Below, piece after piece: positions 24,427-36,137 of a stretch of 46,374 bases of DNA. Position 1 is the stretch's first letter. Each line of letters starts with the position of its first letter. Under the pieces are notes generated by a model, which was not told the DNA's origin, ran no database searches, and worked only from the letters and a program-made list of their open reading frames with translations. Made by a program: the position numbers and the translations under genes. This stretch comes from Sphaeroforma arctica JP610 (Eukaryota): NCBI RefSeq assembly GCF_001186125.1, contig NW_014040495.1, forward strand, positions 68,201 to 114,574, read 5' to 3'.

Positions 24427-27313
24427 ATGTTGGTAACCGCCATGAGTCGGAGATCGTGCCTGATGAGATTCAGTCGCTCGTTGAACCGCAAGTATGCGGC
24501 CTCTGTTGTCGCAACGGATCAGTTGTTGGTTTCTGACCGGATTTGCACGGGTGCTAGGTGCTTTGGAAGCACGCGCACTGTAGATGCAAGGTATAATGGT
24601 GCTTCGTTGCGCATCTCTAAGAACCAGCTCGAAAGGGGTCTGGGTCCAAATCCGAGCTACTGGGCGATAAAGGGAATGGAATACGGTATGGGCTTCGCAT
24701 GTAGATGTACCGGAATTGCATTTTATGAAAATTGTTGTTATGTAGTGACAGTCAGTCGAGTGACAACTTTCAAGGTATACGATTGAATCGGACTGGTTTT
24801 TCCTCTATTGTGTTGTGATTGGGCGAAATGGGAACTTGGAATATGGTATGCACACGCCTCTATATTTCGATCTGCATTCGTATCGTGTTGTGCGTTTAGA
24901 GATCAGTTGCAATATTTGATGCGTCAAATTCCAGTATAAGCATCTTTTGTAATCGAATAGGTTTGTTTGTGCACCTTTGCCAGATAAACGTGTGTATATG
25001 CAATTATGATGTACACTGTGGTGGACAATCGGTAATGTATACCTTCTCACTGCGAAGTCGAGATCCATGGCTAGTCGTTGTTCGCAACAACCAGCTCTAC
25101 ATCTAGATGTGATACCCAGCAGACACATAGACCGAAGAAGTTAACATTATGTTTTGCACATCCGCGGAGGATTGGTATCATTGGTTCTGTTGCCAAGAAC
25201 TCAATCTATATTTCTTTACATACCACAGTTATGCTCAGTAAAATATTAGCGCAGTGCCAAACTATATATGTAAATGCTGATTGGTTCCCTTTTTTGACAT
25301 CGATATTTACCTCTCGCGCTTTTGTTTGCTGTAGAAAAGTGTATGAATACTGGATAAATCACCCATCATGCAAGAATTTATAAGCCTGTTACCACGTGCC
25401 TTTTCGACTTCAATGCAGCGCCGACTTGTCATTCTTTCACTTACGGTGGTGTCGCTTGTGTTCAGTTACCGTTGAAGTACATGTACAGTCAGATCCATAA
25501 TTGTCCCCTGTCAGATGTAGACCATACACTACATAGTTTTGCCTGCATCGTCAGGGTAGTGTGAGCACCTCAACTCTGCACACACATCGACCTACTCATT
25601 TGAAAGCTATTCTACACTGAATAGGCAGGGAAATAATGAAAGAATACCAAGAAGAACTTAAAAGGGAAGACAAACAGCTGGCCGAAGAGTCCAAAATAGA
25701 AACGATGCGCCTATTCAGATCAAGCGGTCAAAAATATAGCAAGTACAGCAAGAAGAAGGACCGACCAATTGAGCCGGATTTCAAAATATACGACGAGGAT
25801 AGTAAGATACCCTTGAACGAGTTGAACGAGGTAAGGGGCGTCCGGGTGTGTTTACAAAGTATTTTCGCTATGGCTTGGAATTCACGATATACGAACGTAT
25901 TCGTCGTAAACTGGAAAATCTCATACCTGAAACGAAGTAGTTAGTCCTTGCAAATGTTTGTTCTATGAGCTGGCTCTATATGGTTTTATTCGTTGTATGC
26001 GGATCTGATACTATAGCACAAACTTAAGACAAAGATGTTTATTCATTGGAATATGGAATTGTGTGAGTTGACCCAATATGATTTGGTACCTAATTGTAAG
26101 CGAATCTGATACTATAGCACATACGCAAAACAAAGATGTTTGTTCTTACAAACATGCAATTTCAATAGTCGACTCTTTACAATCTCGTATGTATATGTAT
26201 GCGAATCTGATACTATGTCATGTACAATATGAATTAAAAATGGGACAAGACGGCATTGAAAATTGGACAATTGACAGGAAAGAGGTGGATATTCGTATTT
26301 TGTGGATCCTGATATTGTCGCGTGTAGTACATGACTGTAGTTGTAATTGATTCTGTGACCACTGATATATTTGTCTGTCCAAATATTGCGATTCTGTTTA
26401 CAACCCGATAGATAAAAGATTAAGCTCCTGGGACAGAGAACGATTATCGACTATGCCTGTCATGAATATGGATATGGATACGCTTTTAGATATAGTCGTT
26501 TGAGGTTTATGTGGGACCGTACACTACATTGAGTGCATCTGTCATGTAGTTCTATGCTGTCTACTGGCTCAGTCATTACAGTCTGATTTTCCATCTTGAA
26601 TTTGTATGGCTTTGCTCACATTCACATGCAGTGCTCTCTACTAAAGCAAATATCATCTGCCCAATTATATTTTAGCTGGAGGAAGACCTCACAACGCTGT
26701 CGAAAACACCACTGACTAAATCTGCTGCTGCTGCGGTGGAGATAGATAAGACCGTACCTACTGAGGAGCCTCTAGATGAGCCAATCAGAACCACCCGCCT
26801 GGACAAGACAATGTTTGAGGTATGCGGTGACACTATATCAACGAGTGTGGGTGTATATCTAATTTGTACATATTCTACTACGTCTATTGTGTCATTTGTA
26901 TATCTGTATCTTGTGTACTGTGTATTTTGTCTGTATATATATATATATATATGTATACGTGCATTTGTTTATTTATTCATTGTTGTTGTTATTGTTATTG
27001 TTTTATTTTGTTATAAATACATATTATTGTTATTGTACTTATCATTGTTATTATATACATTGTTATATATAGAAATTAATATATATTTACGTATTTATAT
27101 ATATATGTGTGTGTGTGTGTGTATGTATATATGTATATATTTTTAGGTTCGTGTATGTATGCATGTACATATGTAAGTAAATATATATGTATACGTATGT
27201 ATACGTATGTATACGTATGTATACGTATGTATACGTATGTATACGTATGTATACGTATGTATACGTATATATATATATACTTATGTGTATGTGTGTAGAT
27301 GTATGTATATATA

Positions 27314-27344
<31 letters not shown>

Positions 27345-27805
27345 TGGTGTGTGATTGTGTATATTTCTATGTAAAAGTGTGTACCTTGGTATATTTCGTA
27401 TAGTGTTTGCATTTGTAGTTATATGATACTATATCAAGTGTTTGTATTTTTTTATTCGAGTGGTTAGATTATAGCTAGATATAATACAATTGATGTATCT
27501 GAAAGTAAACGTATATATATATATATATGAGATTATATCAAGTGTTTAGATTTCTTCATACGAGTGGTTAGACTATAGCTAGATATAATACAAGTGATGC
27601 GTCTGAAAGTAAACGTATATCGTATTAATGTTTAACTATATCTTTCTTGCAGCCAAAGGATGGTAAATACAAGGCATTTGAAGAGGTCGGGGCCAATATC
27701 GCCAACCCCACCAATGAGGACTACATCAATGCCATATTCAAGAAGAAGCGAGAAGAGGAACAAACGACGACACCAGAGAAAAGGAAACCAGGCTCTGAGA
27801 AGTAA
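24427..27805 (+). CDS. Hypothetical ~253-aa protein with mitochondrial-presequence-like N-terminus, 4 exons
   Basis: Exons 24427-24685, 25625-25830, 26676-26819, 27653-27805 join in phase with canonical GT-AG sites. Arg/Ser-rich, acid-poor N-terminus ending RCFGST; charged K/E-rich body. The exon 1-2 linkage is inferred. Confidence 0.65.
25999..26222. repeat. Degenerate ~101-bp-period intronic repeat
   Basis: gc(g/a)atctgatactat(agcac)...caaagatgttt at 25999, 26100 and (partial) 26201. Confidence 0.7.
26930..27345. repeat. Intronic microsatellites including (ATACGTATGT)n
   Basis: TA/TG/TTG runs and about 7 copies of a 10-mer at ~27190-27266. Confidence 0.88.
27431..27620. repeat. ~100-bp intronic tandem duplication
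   Basis: atatcaagtgttt...cgagtggttaga.tatagctagatataatacaa.tgatg..tctgaaagtaaacgtatat occurs twice. Confidence 0.82.
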
Positions 27806-28288
27806 CTTCATCCTGTGTAAAATAACCTTCTGTGTACATCAATAAACCTCTTTACGCAGTTTGTATACCATAGCCTTCCAAGGCTATGTGTGTAGTTTCA
27901 CAATTCACACTCTCGTACAAAATTGGGATACATATAAATATTTCTGATATAAAAATGAATAGCGCGCCAAATCTCATACTTTTCCTAATGTAGTAAATAC
28001 ATAGCTGTGACGTTCTAAATATAGTTGATGACCAGTGCATGACTCATCGCTATTACCCTACTTCGGAAAGTTTGGGTACATTTATAGTCTCAAAATGATA
28101 CGGATAATGGAACAATCAACGACGTTGTTGGTTAGTTAATAACCATAACCAGTGTATTATTTGGAGGGCTATGTAATGACCCCCATGTGATATTTTAATA
28201 TATGTAATCAACTACGTGTATTGCATACATACACAATACGTACATAGAGTCGAGGAAATACACACTATACATCTTTTATTCGGTAATC

Positions 28289-29874
28289 ATGGCAACCCCA
28301 TACCCTACTGGGCAAGGTCCCTATCCCACTCAGACTCAGAGCCCATACCCACCACCGCAACAAACATACCCACCACCTCCACAAGGATACCAACAAGGTC
28401 AACAGGCACAACAAGGCTATCAGTATCCTCCCCCTTCATCCTTCGTGGCACAGAATCCACCGCAGAGTTATGGGTCTCAGGTAAATGGATAGGGTTTTAA
28501 AGGATTGTGTTTGTTGTCTTTGTGTGTACTTTCGGACGTAGGAAAAGCTTGCTGTACCAAATTTATGTTAACATGCGGAATTGTATATACATAGGCTCGT
28601 AAACTCGCTTATGCGAACGCAACAATACGCACGAGAAAGGGAATATTTTGCTTGTTTACGCTTATGTACACACTCTCATATGCTTTCGAACCCTTATACT
28701 ACGCTAAGAAGTGAATTGAGTGCAAACAATTTCAGATTACCTGGCATAGATCTCGCAATATTCACAACCTTCCTAGTTGTAAGGTCTCAGTATGACTCTT
28801 AAGCAGTTAACATAGTGTAGCTTATACGTTTCTGAGAATTATATTTCCTCACGTTTTCAGTAAGAATATTCCTGATAGAGCTACCTAAATATTTGTCATA
28901 GTATGTATACATCTGTTAATGGACTATTTGCTCGGTTTTGCCTAAAATATTTATGTTTCTATTAGATATACAGATATATCTGTATGNNNNNNNNNNNNNN
29001 NNNNNNNNNNNNNNNNNNNNNNNNNNNNNNNNNNNNNNNNNNNNNNNNNNNNNNNNNNNNNNNNNNNNNNNNNNNNNNNNNNNNNNNNNNNNNNNNNNNN
29101 NNNNNNNNNNNNNNNNNNNNNNNNNNNNNNNNNNNNNNNNNNNNNNNNNNNNNNNNNNNNNNNNNNNNNNNNNNNNNNNNNNNNNNNNNNNNNNNNNNNN
29201 NNNNNNNNNNNNNNNNNNNNNNNNNNNNNNNNNNNNNNNNNNNNNNNNNNNNNNNNNNNNNNNNNNNNNNNNNNNNNNNNNNNNNNNNNNNNNNNNNNNN
29301 NNNNNNNNNNNNNNNNNNNNNNNNNNNNNNNNNNNNNNNNNNNNNNNNNNNNNNNNNNNNNNNNNNNNNNNNNNNNNNNNNNNNNNNNNNNNNNNNNNNN
29401 NNNNNNNNNNNNNNNNNNNNNNNNNNNNNNNNNNNNNNNNNNNNNNNNNNNNNNNNNNNNNNNNNNNNNNNNNNNNNNNNNNNNNNNNNNNNNNNNNNNN
29501 NNNNNNNNNNNNNNNNNNNNNNNNNNNNNNNNNNNNNNNNNNNNNNNNNNNNNNNNNNNNNNNNNNNNNNNNNNNNNNNNNNNNNNNNNNNNNNNNNNNN
29601 NNNNNNNNNNNNNNNNNNNNNNNNNNNNNNNNNNNNNNNNNNNNNNNNNNNNNNNNNNNNNNNNNNNNNNNNNNNNNNNNNNNNNNNNNNNNNNNNNNNN
29701 NNNNNNNNNNNNNNNNNNNNNNNNNNNNNNNNNNNNNNNNNNNNNNNNNNNNNNNNNNNNNNNNNNNNNNNNNNNNNNNNNNNNNNNNNNNNNNNNNNNN
29801 NNNNNNNNNNNNNNNNNNNNNNNNNNNNNNNNNNNNNNNNNNNNNNNNNNNNNNNNNNNNNNNNNNNTATATAT

Positions 29875-29922
<48 letters not shown>

Positions 29923-29963
29923 TGTATGATAATGTATATTATTTTATATATATATATATATAG

Positions 29964-29999
<36 letters not shown>

Positions 30000-30022
30000 T
30001 ATATATGTGTATATATATATAT

Positions 30023-30056
<34 letters not shown>

Positions 30057-30211
30057 TGTATATATATATATATTATATATACTACACACACAGACAGAGA
30101 GAGAGACACACGCACACACATATACACACACAGTCATATATATATATATATATGTCTGTGTCCGTGTCTGTGTCTGTGTATGTATGTATGTATGTATGTA
30201 TGTATGTGTGT

Positions 30212-30264
<53 letters not shown>

Positions 30265-30273
30265 TGTGTCTAT

Positions 30274-30311
<38 letters not shown>

Positions 30312-30379
30312 GTATGTATGTTTATGTATATGTATATATATGTGTATGTGTGTGTGTGTATATTTATTATATATATATG

Positions 30380-30435
<56 letters not shown>

Positions 30436-32250
30436 TATGTGTGGGTGTGTATATATATATGCGTATATATGTATATGTATACTAATAATTATTTCATTTG
30501 TACATTTATTATTTATTATGTAGAGTACTATTGTTTTGAGTTCAGTCGTGATATGATGTTTTGCTTGTTTTTAACTACATGGTTCACCTCTACATACTAT
30601 TATTCGCATTTACAGCCCCAGCGCCACTCATTCACATATGCCTTTTTATGCTAGTTTCTATCGTCCATTTAACTTCTAGGCATACACTGCGATCCTGTAG
30701 GGCCGAGGATCGCTTTCTTTTTAGGATCGAGTTATGTGTATATAGTTTTAGCCTTGTTGAGTACATGTTTAGGGCGCATGCCTTGTACTATCTTTCACTT
30801 CTTAATTCCTACGTCTTACTTAATCATCAGGGTTATCAGTCGCAGGAGTATCAACCGGTATACCCGCCGGCGTATGCGGACGAGGAAAGCGCGGGCGCGT
30901 ACGGACAGATAGAAGTGGACAAACCGTTTGACGACCCGAACGTGCGACAAAGCTTTATACGCAAGGTTTTCGCTTTGCTGTCCATCATGCTGATTGTGGT
31001 CACGGTTGTGACGGCCCTATTTCTGAATAATGACCACATACATAGCTTTATCAGGTAAGTGTTGCGGATGCTATTCGCTTGTGGTGCTCGGGGAATGAAG
31101 TATCGCCGTGCCTCGTATGATATGTTCTACACTGCAGCGTAGTGGATATCGGTGGATGTTACTTAATTTGTATATATCTGCGTGTTCAGTCGGCTAAGAG
31201 TCCTGTGCTGTCGACAACACTCGTCTGCCACTGGTACGCATATTGCGGGTCTTGTTTTGTAGTCTTGGTATTGGTGCTCAGTATACTGTTGGTTTAGTCG
31301 CAATCATTTCCCACAATTCGACCTATGTCTTGTATCCGTACGCGTTCCTCTTCCGCCAGATCACAGGGCACTACCGTATATACTATATCGAATTCCCGGC
31401 CTGTTCTCACACGTTCATCGCATGTTCTATTGCAGGCACCATAGCTGGGTCTCTCTGGTGGCTTGTGGTATGGCCATCTGTTCAATGTTGCCACTGATAT
31501 GCTGTGAAGGGCTTGCGCGAAAGCATCCCACAAACCTCGTAGTTCTGGGCATATTCACCTTTGCGCAGGCGTTTATGGTCGCAACTGTGTGTTGTTTCTA
31601 CAGCACGCATGTGGTATGTGGCGCGTGTTTGTGTTTGATTCGGAAGGTCCATATCCACTTTTGTAACGTTTATTCAACATACCGTTTCTTTCCGTTGCAT
31701 GGTTGCTAAACATTACAGAATCCTATTCGTTTTCTTCATAGGTAATGAAAGCTCTGGCCATCACGGCGTTTGTTACGGTTGGGATCACTGCCTTCGCCAT
31801 GCAAACAGTAAGTGTCACTCTCCCATAGGCCGTCTGTACGCTTTCTTACCCATTGTGATTTGATGGATGAGTCAGCATTCGTCAGTACCACTCAAGTATT
31901 CTATGCACGCATATCGCGATTTGCTTTTTGTTGTTTTTAAAGCTACGGGTGTGCGCGTATCGGCTTCCGTAGTATTGGAAACTGCTAATTCTGCTTATAT
32001 TACGTGCTCGCGTTACATTCTATCTCATATGTACATCTTTTTTCCACAGAAAATTGACTTCACATTCATGGCTGGTGCCCTTTGCCTGGTGGGGATGGTT
32101 CTGATGGGAATGTCCATCTTTATGATATTCTTCCACTCCAGGTGTGCGGGTTGATGATGTATTGCATTTCGCTGCAGATATGCCGGATATACATTGCATA
32201 CATTTATTAAGTTTTTGTTTTGCATCCACGTGTTTATATATTTATATATT

Positions 32251-32305
<55 letters not shown>

Positions 32306-32313
32306 TGATATAT

Positions 32314-32345
<32 letters not shown>

Positions 32346-33147
32346 TATATATAGTATATATAAATATATATATATATATATGAATATATATATATATATG
32401 TGTGTGTATATATATGTATTGGTATATTGATATATTGATATTGTTTATTGTTTATTTGTAAAGATATATATTCGATATCTACCCTGGCCCCTTGCGCCAG
32501 TCATTCGTTGTAAATTCCGCACAGACTATTTTTAGGACGTCCATCACGTTCATATAACACGCTCATAAACGATGTGTTTTTGGAGCACATTCATTCTAAG
32601 ATGCAGTTAGCTGCATCGCATCCCGTACCCACATTAGCACTGAAGTGTCCGCTGCACACGTTTTCAGCCTTGGACGTCTACAGGCCACATGCTTGTAAGC
32701 ACATGCAAGCTATATACGATATATAAAATGAGGTAGCTCAATCTCGTATTCGTTTCAGTAGGATTGATAGACCATCCTTGTAGAGTAATACCAGAAATAG
32801 CTTCTTCCTGGAGACTGATCTGTAGCAAGAAGCACTGCTATACATAACAGATTGCTTGAGTGTTCCAGGTAGCCTCCCCGTCAACGATTACACAATAAAA
32901 CTAACAGACTATATCACGCATCCCACCATGCTCTAGGTTGGCAGACCTGCTCTTCAGTGGCCTGGGCGCGTTTCTTTTCGGCCTGTGGCTACTGGTGGAT
33001 GTGCAGATGATTGTCGGAGGCTCGCACTCGCAACAATTTGATCCAGAGGACTATGTGTTTGCTGTGTTGACATTGTTCATGGATATCATCAATCTCTTTC
33101 TCTATATCCTGCGATTGGTGGAGTTGTTGGACAACAGCAGTTCGTAG
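28289..33147 (+). CDS. TMBIM / Lifeguard (Bax inhibitor-1 family) membrane protein, 6 visible exons
   Basis: Exons 28289-28480, 30831-31054, 31436-31613, 31742-31807, 32050-32141, 32937-33147. P/Q/Y-rich N-tail, [56 protein letters not shown]. An extra exon could be hidden in the N-gap. Confidence 0.93.
28987..30480. repeat. N-gap (28987-29867) followed by TA/TG microsatellite tract
   Basis: Visible Ns and simple repeats within TMBIM intron 1. Confidence 0.92.
32236..32420. repeat. (TA)n-rich intronic microsatellite
   Basis: Visible simple repeat. Confidence 0.9.
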
Positions 33148-34928
33148 GCAGTCGAGGCAGCATTAAAAAAGACTTACGCTCTGAATTTTACCACTCATGT
33201 ATGTATGTATATCACTTATTCATTCGGAAGCTGTTTTTGGCACTTGCTTTGCAAACTATGAACTGCGATTGAAAAACAGGAGGTCATGAGCAGTCGAAGA
33301 ATTTAAGAAACAGATTGAAAAGGCATTTGAGAAGAAAAACAGTGTATGTAAACATAGCCTTCTGAAATACAGATGTAATGCTCTGAAAAAAATGGTCATT
33401 GTGTACTTCATCGCCCACAATATAATGTTATGTTGAAATTTTGGCAAAATTTTGCTGTCGTATCCGCGCGTACCTCGTCGCCCGTCGGTGCAATATCGAA
33501 AACTGCATCCAAGAAATCCAACAATGTATTGCGCATACGGATGATAATGACTATGCTAGCATACCACGCGTGACTAGTTGCGTCATGGTTTTGCTAAACA
33601 AAAATTAGTTACTTTCTCATAGAGAACCTCAGCACTATTCCAATATACAAAAGCCACTCGTGAGCGCCCACGGTTGGCACGCTAGGATCATATTTATTAG
33701 GAGAAACCTTGGCTGCACACTCGCAGCTATTGTTATGTGTTGTCTTTAATGACTTTTAAAGACGTTTAATTGCCCTCTGAGTCATTCGAGGCAGGTACAT
33801 TCATCAGAGTCGAAACTGGTAGTCAGGAAAAGATGTACCGATGCAGACCTTAATTACTTGAGAGAAGAACCCCGTTCTAGATGAGCAATATTTCTAATCT
33901 GAGGAGTTATCAGCAATGAAGATAGTATTTATGCCCAACAAGCCATGTGTGCGGACTTCTGCCTGCATAGGCGGATTGCTATTAACGTGGAATGATAGTT
34001 GCTCGAAGTACAATACTATTATACTAATGATAATTTGACCCTCGTATTTCTCCCTCTATACTCACTAAGCAACAGGAATACACGATAATTCGAAATAGCT
34101 CGTATTGAAGCCATAGACAGCTTGGGGCATTCAGCAGTTGAAACATCTCTACATAGTAGCTGACAAATACGCAATGTCAGAAGCCCATAATACAAATCTT
34201 CTAAGTACATGGAACGTTCGGTGGCGGTGGATAATTAGTACCATACAGTAACATAGGGTTGTTTCTGTAAATGTTCCTGCTCACTGATACGTCCTTTACT
34301 ATCCAGATTTGAATAGTTGAATGAATTCGGACGCACACTTGTGTCTGCACAAGCGTCTGATTATGGTCCATCTGAACCTCCGCAAAAAGTGTCTATTTCG
34401 AGGGCCACAGTAGCTCATACATACCAGTCCTTTCGGCCGGATTCAGGATACCTGATGAAGTATAGTGCTGCATCGGATTTGCATGCATCTTGCTATTGTA
34501 TTCAGTATGTAAATATGTGCACATGATTTTTTTAAAGCTGCCCGCTGCATACATAAAATTTTAAAATAATAAACCGCCTGTTTAAATCCGGTTGGTGGTA
34601 ACCAAGATACTAATAAATACCAAGCAACAAAGCATCGAACATGTTCCAAAAAATTGGAATGCCCGGTCGCTATCGATCATTTCATATGCTATTTACATTC
34701 TATACTGATAAAAAAACCATGATAAGCAGTTGACGATTGGCATTATATGACATCCTGGTACCATTGCAGAGAATGAATGGACAATAGGGGCACAGGCACT
34801 CAAACCAGTGATACACGTCCACGCGTGCAGTAACATTCTTGTGCAGGCTTGTGTGCAACCACGGTTGCTGTAAATTGCATTCAATCTACCTTTATATTAG
34901 TGGTGCATATTTATAGGACGTATTCAGT

Positions 34929-35405
34929 ATGGATGTAGCAGAGATCACCATGCTCGCTATCGGCGGCGCAACGTGTTTATTGCTAATGATGTATAGTGAA
35001 AGTGGGATAGTACTCTGTGGTGTCACTACTAAGTCCGGCAGCTCGGTGAAGACTCTCATTTTGCAAGATAGGGAGCCTACAGCAAGCATGGCACCGGCAA
35101 CGGGCGAAATTGCTGCTCAAGGTACTGAAGTTGATGTATGCGTTTTTATATCCGACGAGAATAGACAAATAAAGAATTTCATTCCGGACTTGTACATTAC
35201 AGACGATTCCAAAGGAATTTCATATAGTTGTGGTTAATTTAGATTTTCATTCCATTCTGCGGTACCTAACCCTTGCATATGTCTGCAAGAAATATATTGA
35301 CACATGTGTAGGCCCTATTCTCCCTATGTATACTTCAATTATTGTGTATATATATATATATTGTGTGTGTGTGTATGTGTGTGTGTGTATGTACATATAT
35401 ATATA

Positions 35406-35450
<45 letters not shown>

Positions 35451-36092
35451 TATATATATATATATATAGTGTGTGTGTGTGTGTNNNNNNNNNNNNNNNN
35501 NNNNNNNNNNNNNNNNNNNNNNNNNNNNNNNNNNNNNNNNNNNNNNNNNNNNNNNNNNNNNNNNNNNNNNNNNNNNNNNNNNNNNNNNNNNNNNNNNNNN
35601 NNNNNNNNNNNNNNNNNNNNNNNNNNNNNNNNNNNNNNNNNNNNNNNNNNNNNNNNNNNNNNNNNNNNNNNNNNNNNNNNNNNNNNNNNNNNNNNNNNNN
35701 NNNNNNNNNNNNNNNNNNNNNNNNNNNNNNNNNNNNNNNNNNNNNNNNNNNNNNNNNNNNNNNNNNNNNNNNNNNNNNNNNNNNNNNNNNNNNNNNNNNN
35801 NNNNNNNNNNNNNNNNNNNNNNNNNNNNNNNNNNNNNNNNNNNNNNNNNNNNNNNNNNNNNNNNNNNNNNNNNNNNNNNNNNNNNNNNNNNNNNNNNNNN
35901 NNNNNNNNNNNNNNNNNNNNNNNNNNNNNNNNNNNNNNNNNNNNNNNNNNNNNGTGTGTGTGTGTGTATCTATATCTATATATATGTGTGTGTTTGTGTA
36001 TATATATATATATTTATAGATACATGTACATGTATGTATGTATGTATGTATGTATGTATATATATATATCTGTGTATGTGTGTGTGTATATG

Positions 36093-36137
<45 letters not shown>

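Noticed and set aside
25999..26222. Regularly spaced repeats that look CRISPR-like
   Set aside because: Only 2-3 degenerate copies inside a spliceosomal intron, no cas genes, eukaryotic context; better explained as an old tandem duplication.
28938..30654. Long ORFs in the track with X and IYIY/CVCV content
   Set aside because: Artefacts of N-gaps and microsatellites; the same applies to 22253-23232 and 35230-36220.
33240..34530. Short coding-like fragments (e.g. VEEFKKQIEKAFEKK) between TMBIM and MFSD5
   Set aside because: Interrupted by stops, no recognisable family and no consistent exon chain.
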